A stretch of 64,000 nt of DNA from Podarcis bocagei (taxonomy: Eukaryota): the NCBI GenBank assembly GCA_964188305.1, contig OZ076886.1, one strand, 5' to 3'. Positions within the stretch are counted from its first letter, which is position 1, and the number at the start of each line of letters is the position of its first letter. The notes under the pieces are model-generated. The model had not been told where the DNA came from. It searched no databases and was given only the letters and a program-made list of their open reading frames with translations. Below are positions 49,523 to 62,165 of the stretch, piece after piece. Made by a program: the position numbers and the translations under genes.

Positions 49523-50515
49523 CTTGTTATTCATCGCAGAATTAGTTTATTTCTGGAGTGGGTTACTCTTTCTCCCAACTTGTCACAGCAAGGAAAATCT
49601 GTCACAGCTGATGTGTGCAGTGACTGTTTAAAATTGTGCTATTTATCATTAAGGAACAAACAGTATTATAAAACAAATAATTCTATTTAAACAAGCTCAC
49701 TATTTGACTCTCTTGCCATCTCTCTATTCTTTCTTTGCTGCGTCACTTCCTGGTAGCTGGTCCCTTAACCTGTGCCTTCCTAATTGCTGTCCTAGCCCTC
49801 TTACTTAGTTCCACATACGATGATGCATCTTTCCTTTTATAACCAAAGAAATTAGACTTAACTAGATTGTTTCAAAAGTCCATATACACTATTGAATTTA
49901 GACAGTCTTTTAGACAATGGAGTTTCTGTACTAGTCAACCTGCCCCCGGTCTTTATCTGTTTTGCCACAGAAGATGTAGTTCTTTCTTGGTTGTGATTAA
50001 AATCTGTGGTGTCCAAATAGGTCATAGGGTTGCCATACATCTGGGAAAACCCAGACATGTCCTCTTTTGGGGGGGGGCAACATGCCCATCCAGATGGATT
50101 TTTACATTTTAAAGGAAATGTCTGGGTTTCGCGGGGCTCAGGCTTCTCTGCACACCATGGAAGCTGCCAGCCCAAGCTGGGGAAAGAGGTACACAGGCAC
50201 TTCGGTGGCAGCCTCATACTCCCACACTCGCATGTGTCTTTCCCCAGCTCAGACTGGCAGCAGCTAGGGCTGTCCTCTTTTCTGCTCTTCAAGATATGGG
50301 GAGCTCTCATTTACCTGTGTAGGAGAAGCTGGACATTCTCCAGGCTGTAAGTCAAAACTACTGCACTGGCATCTTCTGCCTCCTGAAATTGCCTCTCTTC
50401 TGCGAGTCCTACTAGTTGGTTGCTGCTCTGCAAATGTCTTCGATTCCTTCTCAGAACTTGGCCCTCTTGAGTTACCACCTCAAACAAATGTATGCCCACT
50501 TGACTTTGGGCTTGA

Positions 50516-50830
50516 GGACACTGAGGTCCAGCTCTGAAGGCCTTCTGGTGGTTCCCTCACTGCGAGAAGTGAGGTTCCAGGGAACCAGACAAAGGGCCTT
50601 CTCGGTAGTGGCGCCCGCCCTGTGGAACGTCCATCCATCAGATGTCAAGGAAATAAACAACCATGTGACTTTTAGAAGACATCTGAAGGCAGCCCTGTTT
50701 AGGGTAGTTTTTAATGTTTGATGTTTTATCTCCTTATTATTATTATTAATATTCTGTTGGGAGCCACCCAGAGTGGCTGGGGAAACCCAGGCAGGGTATA
50801 AATAAATTATTATTATTATTATTATTATTA
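50516..50830 (+). mobile_element. L2-clade LINE 3' end followed by (ATT)n(CAT)n
   Basis: TLRSSSEGLLVVPSLREVRFQGTRQRAFSVVAPALWN...FRRHLKAALF. Confidence 0.9.
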
Positions 50831-52148
50831 TCATCATCATCATCATCATCATCATCTGGACCTCCGCTTTCTTCCACTCTTTATTGTGTTACTCTGTTGG
50901 CTGTATCCAAACCTGCTCACCCACATGTAGTATGTGGTCCTTCATTGGTAACACAATATTTGTCCTTCAACCCATCAATCCCTGTGCTGGGATTCCATCC
51001 ACACCTTGTGAAGGTGTTTTCCGGTGTTCAAGGATGCATCAGTCCCTGCTTTTCTGCCTTTCTCTTGGCCATTTTGACGGCTGATTCCGCTTTCCCGTTG
51101 CTCGGGGGATAGGCAGGTGAAGATGTTGGATGCTCAAATTCCCGCTGCCTTTGGAACGCTCTGAAATGTTCTGACACAAAATGCTCCATGCCTAACGTGC
51201 AAAGAGATCTCTCGGATATTTAAATTGTTTGCCTTTGAGCATCGCCCTTCACAGCATTATGTCAATTGGTTGTTCTTTTCAATGCAGCAGGATCCTGCTC
51301 AAGATTTATGCTCTTTGCTCGGTTCCATTATAAACCTCTGAACCCATGACACAAAAGTAGCCTTGACATTTTCCAAAATGTTCTCTTCCTGTCTCACGAG
51401 AGAGATCTATAAGGAGCAAGGCATGAGAAATTGCTTCCCCAACGTCTTTATTGGTGAGGGAAGAAAAAGAGCACAAGGCAGATAGAGCAACAGTGAGGAT
51501 GTGCAGTATATCTTCTCCCTTCTACAAAGTGGGGGGGGGGGGGGAGCTAGCTCTGAGCTAGCACACAGGGGCATGCAAATGGAGTACAAAGAAAACCATC
51601 TGTTAGTAGGAGAGGAGGAAGGGCTGCATGCCCTCATGCGCCTCGGCTGCCAAGTGCCATTAAAGAGAGAGCGCATGCGCAAATAGCATTGCAGTGGAAT
51701 ATTTCCCTTTTCGTTAAAAAGACAACAAGGTCGCAATCTGTTGCTTACATATATAAATGTCAGTACAGAGAGGGGTGAGTAAAATCATGGCAACAACAGC
51801 TCTCCAAACCTACATGCACAATAACCTTGGAAATCAGCAAGCAGCAATTGTGTAATGGGGGCGAGAGCTCTGCAGCAGGAACCTGAGTTTGGATAAGGAA
51901 ACTTATCCAAGTTGTATAGTTGTACACTGCAGTTCAGGTTGTCCATGTGCTGTGGAAAAGCTGTGACAACAAGTTATATGTATACAAGGTCGCATACAGT
52001 GTCGGACACAGCTTTACATGAAGTTGTGCAGATACATGCAGTTAAATTTCCAGTTGCTGGTTTAGTATCTTGAGTTGACCAGCATGGTCACTTTCATGGT
52101 AGACCTGCCAAATAGGGGAGCATATTATCATAAGGGAGCATTTATCAG

Positions 52149-52594
52149 CAGGGCCGCCTTTACCCCGGGGGTGCAAGGGGTGCGGGGCACCCAGGCACAA
52201 AATTCTGGGGGGTGCCAGGCACCCGCCTCTGAAGCCGCCTAAGCTCTTAACCACCTATCTGTTATGAAATAATAAATAATTTTGATCAAGCTAGAAAAAC
52301 AAAATACAAATATTCTTAGGTATTACCGAAATGTATACCTACTGTTTCACTAAAGGACTTTCAACTTTCTGCGCTGATTTACCAAAGATGTGCCATGCCA
52401 GCAGTGGTGCTTGTCATTCGCAATGGTGGCACTTGTCGTTCTCAACGGCGCCGTGCATGCGAAATTAACTCTTACATCAAAATATGCGGTGTCTGACATA
52501 AGCATAATAAAAGTTAATTTGGGAGCTAAACTAAATTTGGGGGCGTTGGGCGGATCTTTGCACCCCGGCGGCGCATATGGTAAAGATTGCACTG
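52149..52594. mobile_element. hAT non-autonomous element
   Basis: Imperfect TIRs CAGGGCCGCCTTTACC / GGTAAAGATTGCACTG; perfect 8-bp TSD TTTATCAG (52141-52148, 52595-52602). Confidence 0.88.
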
Positions 52595-52609
52595 TTTATC
52601 AGAAATAAA

Positions 52610-52780
52610 GGTGGAATTGACACACATATAAAAAAAACGCTGTGAAAATGCTTTAAAAAAAAAGTTTTGAAAAATACATTGAATTTGCCATGGCTCACTG
52701 TTGCCATCTAGTGTCACATTTGTATATTGCACTTTACAACACACTTAGGGCGTTTTATTTGCAGCTGTAGAGCTGAGTCC
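52610..52780. repeat. Second copy of the ~180-bp repeat at 20329
   Basis: Alignable by eye. Confidence 0.7.
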
Positions 52781-53853
52781 AAAGTCACACACCTTTCCAT
52801 TATTCCTTCCTCACCACCTTGTAGGAGGAAAGGAAAGAGGCATGTGCTTGAAAATACTCAGTAGATTAGGCTATGCACTTACAACCACCCACTACTTCAG
52901 GCAACTGTATCCACTCCATAGCTAATGCTCAATTTGAGGGTAGGCAGGAGCTGAACCCCTATTGGCTCAGCTGCACAGCTTGCAACTACCAGAAACGCTG
53001 CATTCAGTGCAGTGGTCCCAAGTCTGTGGAACGTCCTCCCAACTGGGATTGGAGAGATACCCTCCTTGCTGAGGGAAGGTTGCATATAGCTCAGTACAAT
53101 TAGCTCATGCAGTATGTAGGCATTCAATGGGGGTAATTTCTTAACGTCATCCACACCCAGCAACCTGTGCAAAAAGGTGTGCCTTTGAAATGTTATGAAA
53201 TGTATATAGTAACAAGGAGAGATGTACCTTGGTGAGCAGAGCAGAGCAGAGCAGAGCATTCCACAACCAAAGAAAATATCCTCTCAAGTCCCACAAACTT
53301 CCCCTGCAGGTCTATAATGGAAATCTACATGACTTGCAGATTCAAAACCTTCCTCAAAGGCAGACTCACTCTTGTATCAAACACTGAAGCATTGCTGCTG
53401 TTTTTCGACAGTGTCCCCATCCTCTGAAACGGTCAACTGAGACGGCCGTTCTCTGGGAGCTGTAGCCATCTGAAGTGCGGCAAGCAGAGCCGCAAGAGGC
53501 AAAGAGAGCCTTTTCAGTGGTGGCCCCTTGGCCTTCAAATACACCACCACCACCAGGCCTATTGTTGTTTCCTAGCATCCTTCTTACCAAGGCTGGCTCT
53601 ACCATTAGGCAGAGAGAGGTGGGAGCCTCAGGCAGTTATTTTTGGATGTCAGCAAACATTTAGCTAGCTTATTTGTGACTGTATTTTTAGTGCCAAGGAG
53701 AGGGAGGGATGTTCTGACTCCATTGCCAAAATAACTTGGCTAGTCTTGGGTACGATGCACCTTGACTAGGTGAGCGAGGTGAGTGTGCCATTTGCCGCTT
53801 CACTTCAGGCAGCAAAATGTTTGCTCCTATCATTTAAGCACCATGCAAAGGTA

Positions 53854-54084
53854 CAGTGGTACCTCAGGTTAGGAACTTAATTCATTCCAGAGGTCCGTTC
53901 TTAACCTGAAACTGTTCTCAACCTGAGGTACCACTTTACCTAATGGGGCCTCCCACTGCTGCCGCGCGATTTCTGTTCTCATCCTGAAGCAAAGTTCTTA
54001 ACCCGAGGTACTATTTCTGGGTTAGCGGAGTCTGTAACCTGAAGCATCTGTAATCTGAAGCATATGTAACCTGAGGTACCACTG
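53854..54084. mobile_element. Tigger-like ~230-bp MITE
   Basis: TA-CAGTGGTACCTCAGGTTA...TAACCTGAGGTACCACTG-TA. Confidence 0.92.
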
Positions 54085-54669
54085 TATACCTCTTTCCCCC
54101 CAGGCTTTTCAGAACTGCTACTGTTAGCATTTTTTAAACATATAGCACTTTTGATTTTATTACCTAAAGAGTCCAATGAGCTGTAGCTGTTTTTACTTTG
54201 TATGCTCTGTTGTATCGTATGCCGTATTTATGGCACTTTTATTGCTTCTTCCTACTTTGGGAGCACAAATTTATGTTGAAGGTGCGGGATATAAATTATG
54301 CAAATACATAAATAAGTTATCAATCCTGCAGTGCCTTCCGTGGCCTGATATTTAAACAAAATTGCATCAGCTGCCTTTTCTGAACGTCTAGACAGCTTTC
54401 TGTCGTGAACCCTTTGGAATGGATTGCTCTGATTTAAGATATTTTTCGAAAGTAGATCAGGCTTCCCCAACCAGGTGCTCTCCTGTTGTTAAACTTCAGC
54501 TTCCACCACCCTTGACCATTGGCTATGCTAGCTGCAGCTGATGAGAATTATAGGGTCAGATTGAGCTACCCTGTTCCGCTAGTGGAAGCCAGCACAAAGA
54601 CTCCCATTATTACTATTATTATTACTATTATTATTACTATTATTATTATTATTACTATTATTATTACTA

Positions 54670-55400
54670 CTACCTCACCCATCTGGCTGGGTTGCCTCAG
54701 CCACTCTGGGTGGCTTCCAACACACATACAAATGCAATAAAACATCAAACATTAAAAACTTTGCCATACAGGACTGCCTTCAGATGTCTTCTAAAAGTTG
54801 TACTATATCTCCTTGACATCAGATGGGAGGGCGTTCCACAGCAGTGCTGGATTTACGTATAAGCTAAGCGAGCTATAGCTTAGGGCCCCACTCTCTTGAG
54901 GGCCCCCCCAAAAAATAAAGGGGGAAATACTGGATGAACATTTCCGAAATATAATATAAAAAACAAATAAAATAAAACCTACATACAGTTAGAGCTTAAT
55001 AATTATTTCACGATTAATATACTTCTTCTTAATTGTATTTCACTATTAATATACTTCTTCTTAATTGTATTTCAGTTCAACAATTACTTTGATAAAATAC
55101 ATATTTTGTTATGTGCAAATGGATTTAGATACCTATTAGGTCCATCAATTACCAAATAGCATATATTCAACACAAAAAACAGCAACAATCTGTTGTTGAC
55201 AAAGGACAGCTGGGCCCCATTACCTTAGCTTAGGGCCTCATCAAACCTAAATCCGGCCCTGTCCCACAGGGAGGGCACCACTGCTGAGAAGCCCTCTGTC
55301 TGGTTCCCTGTAACCTCACTTCTCGCAGTGAGGGAACCACCAGAAGACCTCCGTGTTTGGGCTGAACATATAGGTGGAGACACTCCTTCAGGTATACTGC
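54670..55400 (-). mobile_element. L2-clade LINE 3' end split by a hAT insertion
   Basis: GGGAGGGCGTTCCACAG|...|TCCCACAGGGAGGGCACCAC continuity; (ATT/ACT)n tail at 54606-54672. Confidence 0.85.
54842..55261. mobile_element. hAT non-autonomous element
   Basis: TIRs CAGTGCTGGATTTA / TAAATCCGGCCCTG; 8-bp TSD TTCCACAG/TCCCACAG; internal 32-bp tandem duplication at 55013-55074. Confidence 0.88.
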
Positions 55401-56452
55401 AATGGGGATTCTGCCCCCCAAATCCACTCTGGAGCATCAGGGGAACCCCTCTTCTCAGAACAACATGCAGGGGGAGGAGAGAGGAGATGGTTCCATCTGC
55501 TTGCCTGACTGAAGGATCTGCTTAGTGCTACATGGAATTCAACTCATAGCCCAAAATGCTTGGAGGGTGCAGGGCTGGGAAGGTGTATCATTTGACATTT
55601 TGAAAGATTTATTCCTCGCTTTCTAACTCTGATTTGGGTAGTCTTATTTCTAAGAAATATGGCTTCTGTGCAATCCATAAATTCACCTGCTCCCCAAACA
55701 GCAGACTTCAGATACATCAAAACCAGACATGGTAGCACCGGCGTTGACAAAACCCAGGTTTTCACCACTTCCCCTTCTTTTAAGAAGCTGTCTCACCCTT
55801 TTATCTCAAAAAAAAGAAATACAGAGCCATAATCCATGGGTTTTCCAAGGTATCTGCCTGGTACACCTCCGTTCTGTTCAGACTTGGAGCATATTTGTCT
55901 TTTTCGTGTAAAATTTGGCAGTGGATTTTTAATGCAAATGAAAAGAAAATGAACGGAATGTTTAATGTCTTTTTAAAGAGGTTGCTAGCTATATGACCCA
56001 GACATTAATCTATTACATTTACCATGGACTTTTAAATACAGATATTAACTCTGAAATGCAGAATGAAATATGTTTCTTAAAAGATGACTATGCTGCTCAC
56101 TAATGAACTGCAGATGGTAACATGAATTTCGAGAGACTTTGAAAAATATTAGAAAAATTTCTTAAATGCCACAGTGCATTGCTCTGTCTGAACTGGCATA
56201 GTATCAGTTACAAACATTTGATATTACATGTGTTGGTACTTTTGTTTAATTTGAGCTTAAAGTCTCAATGAGTTAATGCATGTATAATATAGACATAAAT
56301 ATTCGTCTTCCACAATACACACATGTCAGTAATAGTTAAGCTCTTCAGAGGACCAGGAAATCCCTGTCAGTGCAATTAGCCATATAAATAAGCAGGCCCT
56401 TTCAGAGGAGGAAATAACAAATCTGTTGCGATGTGAATCTTTTCTTCATTAA

Positions 56453-56453
56453 G

Positions 56454-56486
<33 letters not shown>

Positions 56487-56534
56487 TGTATACCAGGAGA
56501 AAAAAATACATTCTTATTAAACCAAGAAAGGCCA

Positions 56535-56571
<37 letters not shown>

Positions 56572-56606
56572 TATCTATCTACCTACCTACCTACCTACCT
56601 ACCTAT
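56453..56606. repeat. Microsatellite cluster (AAT)n, (GT)n, (CTAC)n
   Basis: Direct reading. Confidence 0.9.
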
Positions 56607-58116
56607 ACTTCATAGAGTCTAGTGTAGTTTTTTTACATAATGTGACCTGGACAAGTCACTCCAGGGATGTGCACTTCATAGAACCCAACAATCAGCAGAT
56701 TGTCAGGTCTCGAGAAGCAAATGGCTTTCTAGACACTGCTGATCAGCTGTTTGGCAATGCCTGAAGACCACTTCCAACTGATTCAGGTCTTTACCTGCCT
56801 CATACCTGATGCCATATATGATGTCGGGTGCAAGGAAGATAAGCATGAGTTAGCCAAAATGGTCCTGCAGGCCAAATGGGGAGGTCAGGTAGCCTAATGA
56901 AACTTGTGGGCTGGAGGTTCCCTGCCCCTCTGCCTTCTTTTGCTCTCTGTCTCAACTGGCTTTGCTTTCCCTCAGTTATAACATCACATAGTCCAAACTG
57001 TAACTATAACTTATGTCATTTTAAGAAGATTGTTACCTGCCCCAAATGAATGGGCTGAGAAAATGAATGATGACACACACATCCCCCAAAACTTTACTTA
57101 CTGCAAGTAAGGCTGATCATACTGAAAGACAATCTCCAGCTCATAAAGTAAAACTCATCTGCTCATCTGACAGACCTTCTGGAATGAAGCCATAGATGTT
57201 AACAAGGAAAATCTGTAGGTTTTGTGACTAGTGCATGCACAGTGTGAGGGATTAGTACCCGACAGGAAAAAAAAAAAGGAATTTTTTTGACAAACTGATT
57301 TTTTTACTCCCAGAACCAGACTGATCTTTGAAACGGTGTTTGGCACCTTCTGGGCACTGGCATCAGAAAGTATCACTCAGTATTCCAACATGAAGCACAG
57401 CAGAAAATACAATCCCATGCATGAAGCTGAACAGTGTGTGGGTGTGGGTGTGTGGGTGTGTACACGCGCACGCTCAAGTGCACATAGCCATTTGGTTCTC
57501 ATTCATGAGCTTTGTGGAGGAAAAATCCAAGAAGGAAACCCAACCCCACCCCCAACCCCAGTTCTTTATTCAATAGCTCTTGATTCATTTATACCCAGTC
57601 ATGTGTAAGGCAGCAATGTTCCGATTTCTGAAATTCATTAAAATTAATGCTTGCTAGGGGGAAAATGTGAATCAAACCTCAGTGAAAAATGTGTGTCTTG
57701 AAAAGTTTCTTGGGCATATTTCCTGCAGCTTTAGCACAAAATGTCATGATTCCATATAAACATACAACTTTTTATGAAATAAATAACTATCACAGTTGCT
57801 GGAGATGGCAGGTTGGGGAGACTGCTGCTGACTCGGATTCTGCTTTCGGGGTTCCCATGGGCATCTGCTTGGCCACTGCGAGAACAGAGTGCTGGGCTAT
57901 ATGGAACCTGATCCAGCAAGGCTCTTTTTAACATTCTTCTGTTTCCACATCTTTAATTTGTTGGTCCTTTTTGACATAGCCTTCTCCATGTCCTTCCTAC
58001 AGAGTTTTCATCCAGAGTTCCTGTTAAGCCCACTATGTCTACGTTGTCCTCTAAGACCAAGCCCACCCTTGGCTCAGTTTATTAACAAATAAACACTTAC
58101 ATATTGTGTATCCCAC

Positions 58117-58272
58117 CAGTGGCGTAGCGTGGGTTGTCAGCACCCGGGGCAAGGCAAGTAATTTGCGCCCCCTAACCCGGTAGGGACAGAGAGCTGCGAG
58201 TGCGAGCACACACCCCCAGATGTTGCGCCCAGTGCGGCCGGCCCCCCCTGCACCCCCCACGCTACGCCATTG
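58117..58272. mobile_element. hAT MITE
   Basis: 17-bp TIRs CAGTGGCGTAGCGTGGG (1 mismatch); perfect 8-bp TSD TATCCCAC (58109-58116, 58273-58280). Confidence 0.92.
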
Positions 58273-58911
58273 TATCCCACCACACAGCCATGGCGCAGGT
58301 GTTTTACAGTGCTTTGGCCTCTTTGAATTGCCATTAAGTGCCGCCGCGCTCTCAGTTCCTAGTTCTCTACTGCGCTCCACTTTCCACACTTTAATCCCTT
58401 GGTTGGTAAGCTAAGCACAATGTCCTGTTGTTCTATTACTTCAGCAGCAAGCAAGTCTGGGGCTAGACTCCTATGGCTGTCAGTTTAATATGGTACCTGG
58501 AACTACTGCCAGCAGCGATACCGCAGAAAAGAAAATGCTACCATAATGCAAGTGACCAAATTTCATTAAAAGTCAGGAAGTACGGTAAGTTTGCAGATAG
58601 CCCCTTTGCTGGCGCTACTGACGTCTCAGCAATTGCAGTGTCAGCATACAGGGAAAGAGAATTTCAGAACCTGGTTTGAAATGGCCTTTATTACTAGCAG
58701 TTATAGTTATTCCCCATGGAATGTTGCAGGTTTCGCTGAGAGAGGCTTAAGCAAATCAATGCAACATAAACCTGCATTATTCATCCACCTTTCGGTCAAC
58801 TCTTCTACTCAGAGAACCATTAGGGACTTCAACCTGTGTAAAAGGTAACTGTTCACATCAATGGATTCCAAATGAATAATTGCTACGCTTGGAACTTGTC
58901 TATGTATGTGA

Positions 58912-59105
58912 CAGTGTGTTGTAGGGGTTCGAGTGTCGGGCTAGGACCTAGAGACCATACTACAAATCCCCACTCAGCCATGAAGCTCACGAGGGCCAGT
59001 CACTGCTGCCAACTTACCTGTTGTGAGAATTAAATGAGGAGGGGGAGAACCATGTGCGACACCTGATGTCTTCGGAGAAAAAGGTGGGATATAAATGCAA
59101 TACAC
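58912..59105 (+). mobile_element. MIR-like CORE SINE
   Basis: AATCCCCACTCAGCCATGAAGCTCAC...GTTGTGAGAATTAAATG...GGGATATAAATG. Confidence 0.72.
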
Positions 59106-59859
59106 AAATCAATAATATATAGTACAGCCGTTGACTTCAATGGCTACTAAGTATAGGAGCTCACTCTACCCCCACCCCAAAAATAACTTGAAAGGTACTA
59201 AATGTAACAAAATACACGGTTGCAAAATGTTAATAGAGAAGTTCACTGATCTGAAAAATGCTTAATAAAAGTTATGCATTTGGAATAAATTACGATTTCA
59301 CCAGTCAGATCTTTAATTACCTCAATTATTCATTAGTCAGCATTCCCATTCTTATGGCTGACTTCAGCAAATAATGGAAATGCAAAAGTTTTGGGGAAGC
59401 TCTAAAGTAAATTTTGCATTTTAGGGGAATGATAGTACTACTATCCCAATGGCGGTGCATTCTGCCAAATACTGTGACTTCATCCATTCAGCATTTCCAC
59501 ATATAGGACAGTTTCCAAAACATGCTCTGGCCTCTGTGGTTGTGAAGATAAGCCTTTGTATAGCTGGGATTGCGAGGAGATCAGATTGCAATGATAAAGG
59601 TGATCAGGACGGTGGTGCCAAAGAGCAACACCAGGATCCTATGAGGAGAGTTCAATGCTCAGTGGCAGAGCATTTCCTTTGTGTACAAAGTACAATCCTG
59701 GCATCTCCAGATAGGAATGGACATGACTCCTGTCTGAGCACCTGCCAGTCAGACAGACAATGCTGAGCAAGAAGGAACAACATTCCAACTCGCGTGATGC
59801 CTTCCTAGAGCAGATTACCAAGCATTCAAAAAGGAGAGATACAGGGAGGAACTGATCTA

Positions 59860-60830
59860 CGAAATGAAAGTACTCGGAAACTTGGGAGGAAGTGATCACG
59901 TCCTCCTGGGTTTTATAATACAGAGGCAAGGGAAAGCTGAGTGTAGTCGGACATGTGCTCTGGACTTTATTTTTTAAAAAATAATTTTTATTAATTTTCC
60001 AACACGAATAAACAATCATATCGAAATTTCCACAAATTTAGTTCTATTTGGACTTCCTTCAGCTTCTCTGACAATCATCCATATATACCTCTCAGTTACG
60101 CATTTCTTCTGTTTATATTGCCATTAAATTTCCCTCCCACTTCTATTTCTTTTTAACAATATATCTCAACTTTCACAGTGCTTCTTGAAACCCCACTAGT
60201 GTTGTTTGCACATCACACGTTCTTTTCAGATATTCGACAAATTTCCCCCAGTCCTCGATGAATTTTTGGTCTCGAAGATATCTAATTTTTCCAGTTAGTC
60301 TGTCCAGTTCTGCGTAGTCTGTCAGCTTCAGTCTCCATTCTTCTACCGTCGGTATTTCCTCTTGTTTCCATTTCTGGGCCAGTAGAATTCTTGCTGCCTT
60401 AACTGCATACTGGAAAAGTTTACAGTCCTTTCTTCTTATTTCCTTTCCTGTAATCCCTAAAAGAAAAATCTCAGGTTTCTTTACAAATGTATATTTTAAC
60501 ATCTTTTTCATTTCATTGTATATCATCTCCCAGAATCCCTTCACTTTCTTACACTCCCACCACATGTGATAAAGCGTTCCTTCTTTTTCTTTACATTTCC
60601 AACACTTATTACACGTCTTATACATTTTTGCTAATTTTACCGGTGTGATAGACATGCGCTCTGGACTTTAAGAAGGCCAATTTCAAAAAACTGAAGGAGC
60701 TACTGGGTGAGATCCCATGGTCAGAAATACTCAAAGAGAAGGGAGTTCAAGATGGATGGGGGTTTCTAAAAGGAGAAATATTGAAGACCCAAATGCAGAC
60801 AATTCCAACAAGAAAGAAAAGTGAGAGGAA
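59860..60830 (+). mobile_element. CR1 LINE ORF2 fragment (endonuclease end/linker) split by an L1 insertion
   Basis: Rejoined frame reads KVLGNLGGSDHVLLGFII...TCALDFKKANFKKLKELLGEIPWSEILKEKGVQDGW...IPTRKK. Confidence 0.88.
59970..60650 (-). mobile_element. 5'-truncated L1 LINE with intact ORF2 C-terminus
   Basis: CWKCKEKEGTLYHMWWEC CCHC knuckle, stop-free to 60173, A-rich tail, 20-bp TSD GACATG(T/C)GCTCTGGACTTTA (59950-59969, 60651-60670). Confidence 0.93.
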
Positions 60831-62039
60831 ACCAGTGTAGTTTTCTGATCAAAAGTACTATTCACACTTCAAAATCAAATCCATGTGACACAGGGACAAA
60901 TCACACACAAACAGAAAGACTCCACATAGTCACACTGGGAAAAGCATACAAAATTCATATCTGGGAATTTTGTTTAATTTGGGGGTTTGGGAGGGTAATT
61001 TTTTTTGTAAATCCACTCACAGGCAATTCTGAACAAAGGAAAGCTATTAAAGCCACAAAATAATTGATAATTTATTACTCTGAGTCTAGTCAAGACAGGA
61101 GAAACACGATAAATCTCCCTGTGGTGAACATACCTTGGAAAAAATGCCTTGGATACGTACGAGCAAATTCCCTGTGCAGTCATAACGAATTATGGATATA
61201 GCACTTATTCGCACATTTGAAGATGCCAGCAATTCAGTTGTAGAAACATGAATATAAGAGAGCAGATTACACAGAAATACATTACTGCAAACAAACTCAG
61301 CATTTTGGCAAGGAAAGCAGAAAGTAATAATGGAAAAGATAGACTTTGTAAAATGTACCACCTATACACCCTGGAATTTCAACATAATGTGTTGGCTGCA
61401 ATTCTCAGACTGCTTGTTCTAGAATAGTCCCACAGGGTTCAAAGATCACTTGCTCAAAGTGGCTTGAGGAATAAGTTCCCCAGGTGTGCCAGCAGATGGG
61501 TAGAAGGGGCAATTGCCAGTCTCCTTGGGTCAGTTCTCAATGGCTGGCAGGAGACCTCACATCCTCTCCCACCAGCTGTGAGGATTTGAATTTGGCCCAC
61601 CTGCAAATTGGCAAATTGGCCAATCACAGGCAGGCCTGAAGGCGGGCTTTGGTGGGTCAGAGTTAACTGGGACTCCTGCTGGAGTAGAGCTCTACTCAGG
61701 TCCATTTCTTGGACTTAAATAAGGCCCGCCTCCGGCGGCGGAGCAAGCTGATCGGGCGCCTGGGGTGGTGCATGTACCAGAGCCAGCCTCCCACAGGGTA
61801 GGGCGAGCCGGGCAGGGCATTCCACGGGGCCTCCGAGGAGTCTTCCTACCTCCTCCCACTCAGCCGCCCTACAGCTGAGGGGGAGGCGGTGGGTGGGCCA
61901 TTTGGGGCAGCATGGTGGCTGCTGGTGCCCAAGCCACCACATCACTGCCAGGAGAGATGCATGGCTCGGGCGCTCTGCAGACCCTGCGGTGAGTACCGCC
62001 TGCCATTTTGTCACTCCCCTCAGTTCCATTTTCAAGCCA

Positions 62040-62165
62040 TGACATCTCCAGGCAGAGCGGAGAAAGATTCCTGTCTCAGACCCTGGAAAGACACTGCCAG
62101 TCAGTGTAGACAATATGAAGCTAGATGCAACAGGGCATCTGACTTAGTATAAAGCTTCTTCCTGT
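62040..62165 (+). mobile_element. Squam3-like SINE 3' part
   Basis: CTGCCAGTCAGTGTAGACAATA...GACTTAGTATAAAGCTTCTTCC. Confidence 0.75.

Noticed and set aside
60173-60655. 160-aa zinc-knuckle ORF as a host gene
   Set aside because: It is the L1 ORF2 C-terminus bounded by a TSD; the apparent start lies in the TSD.
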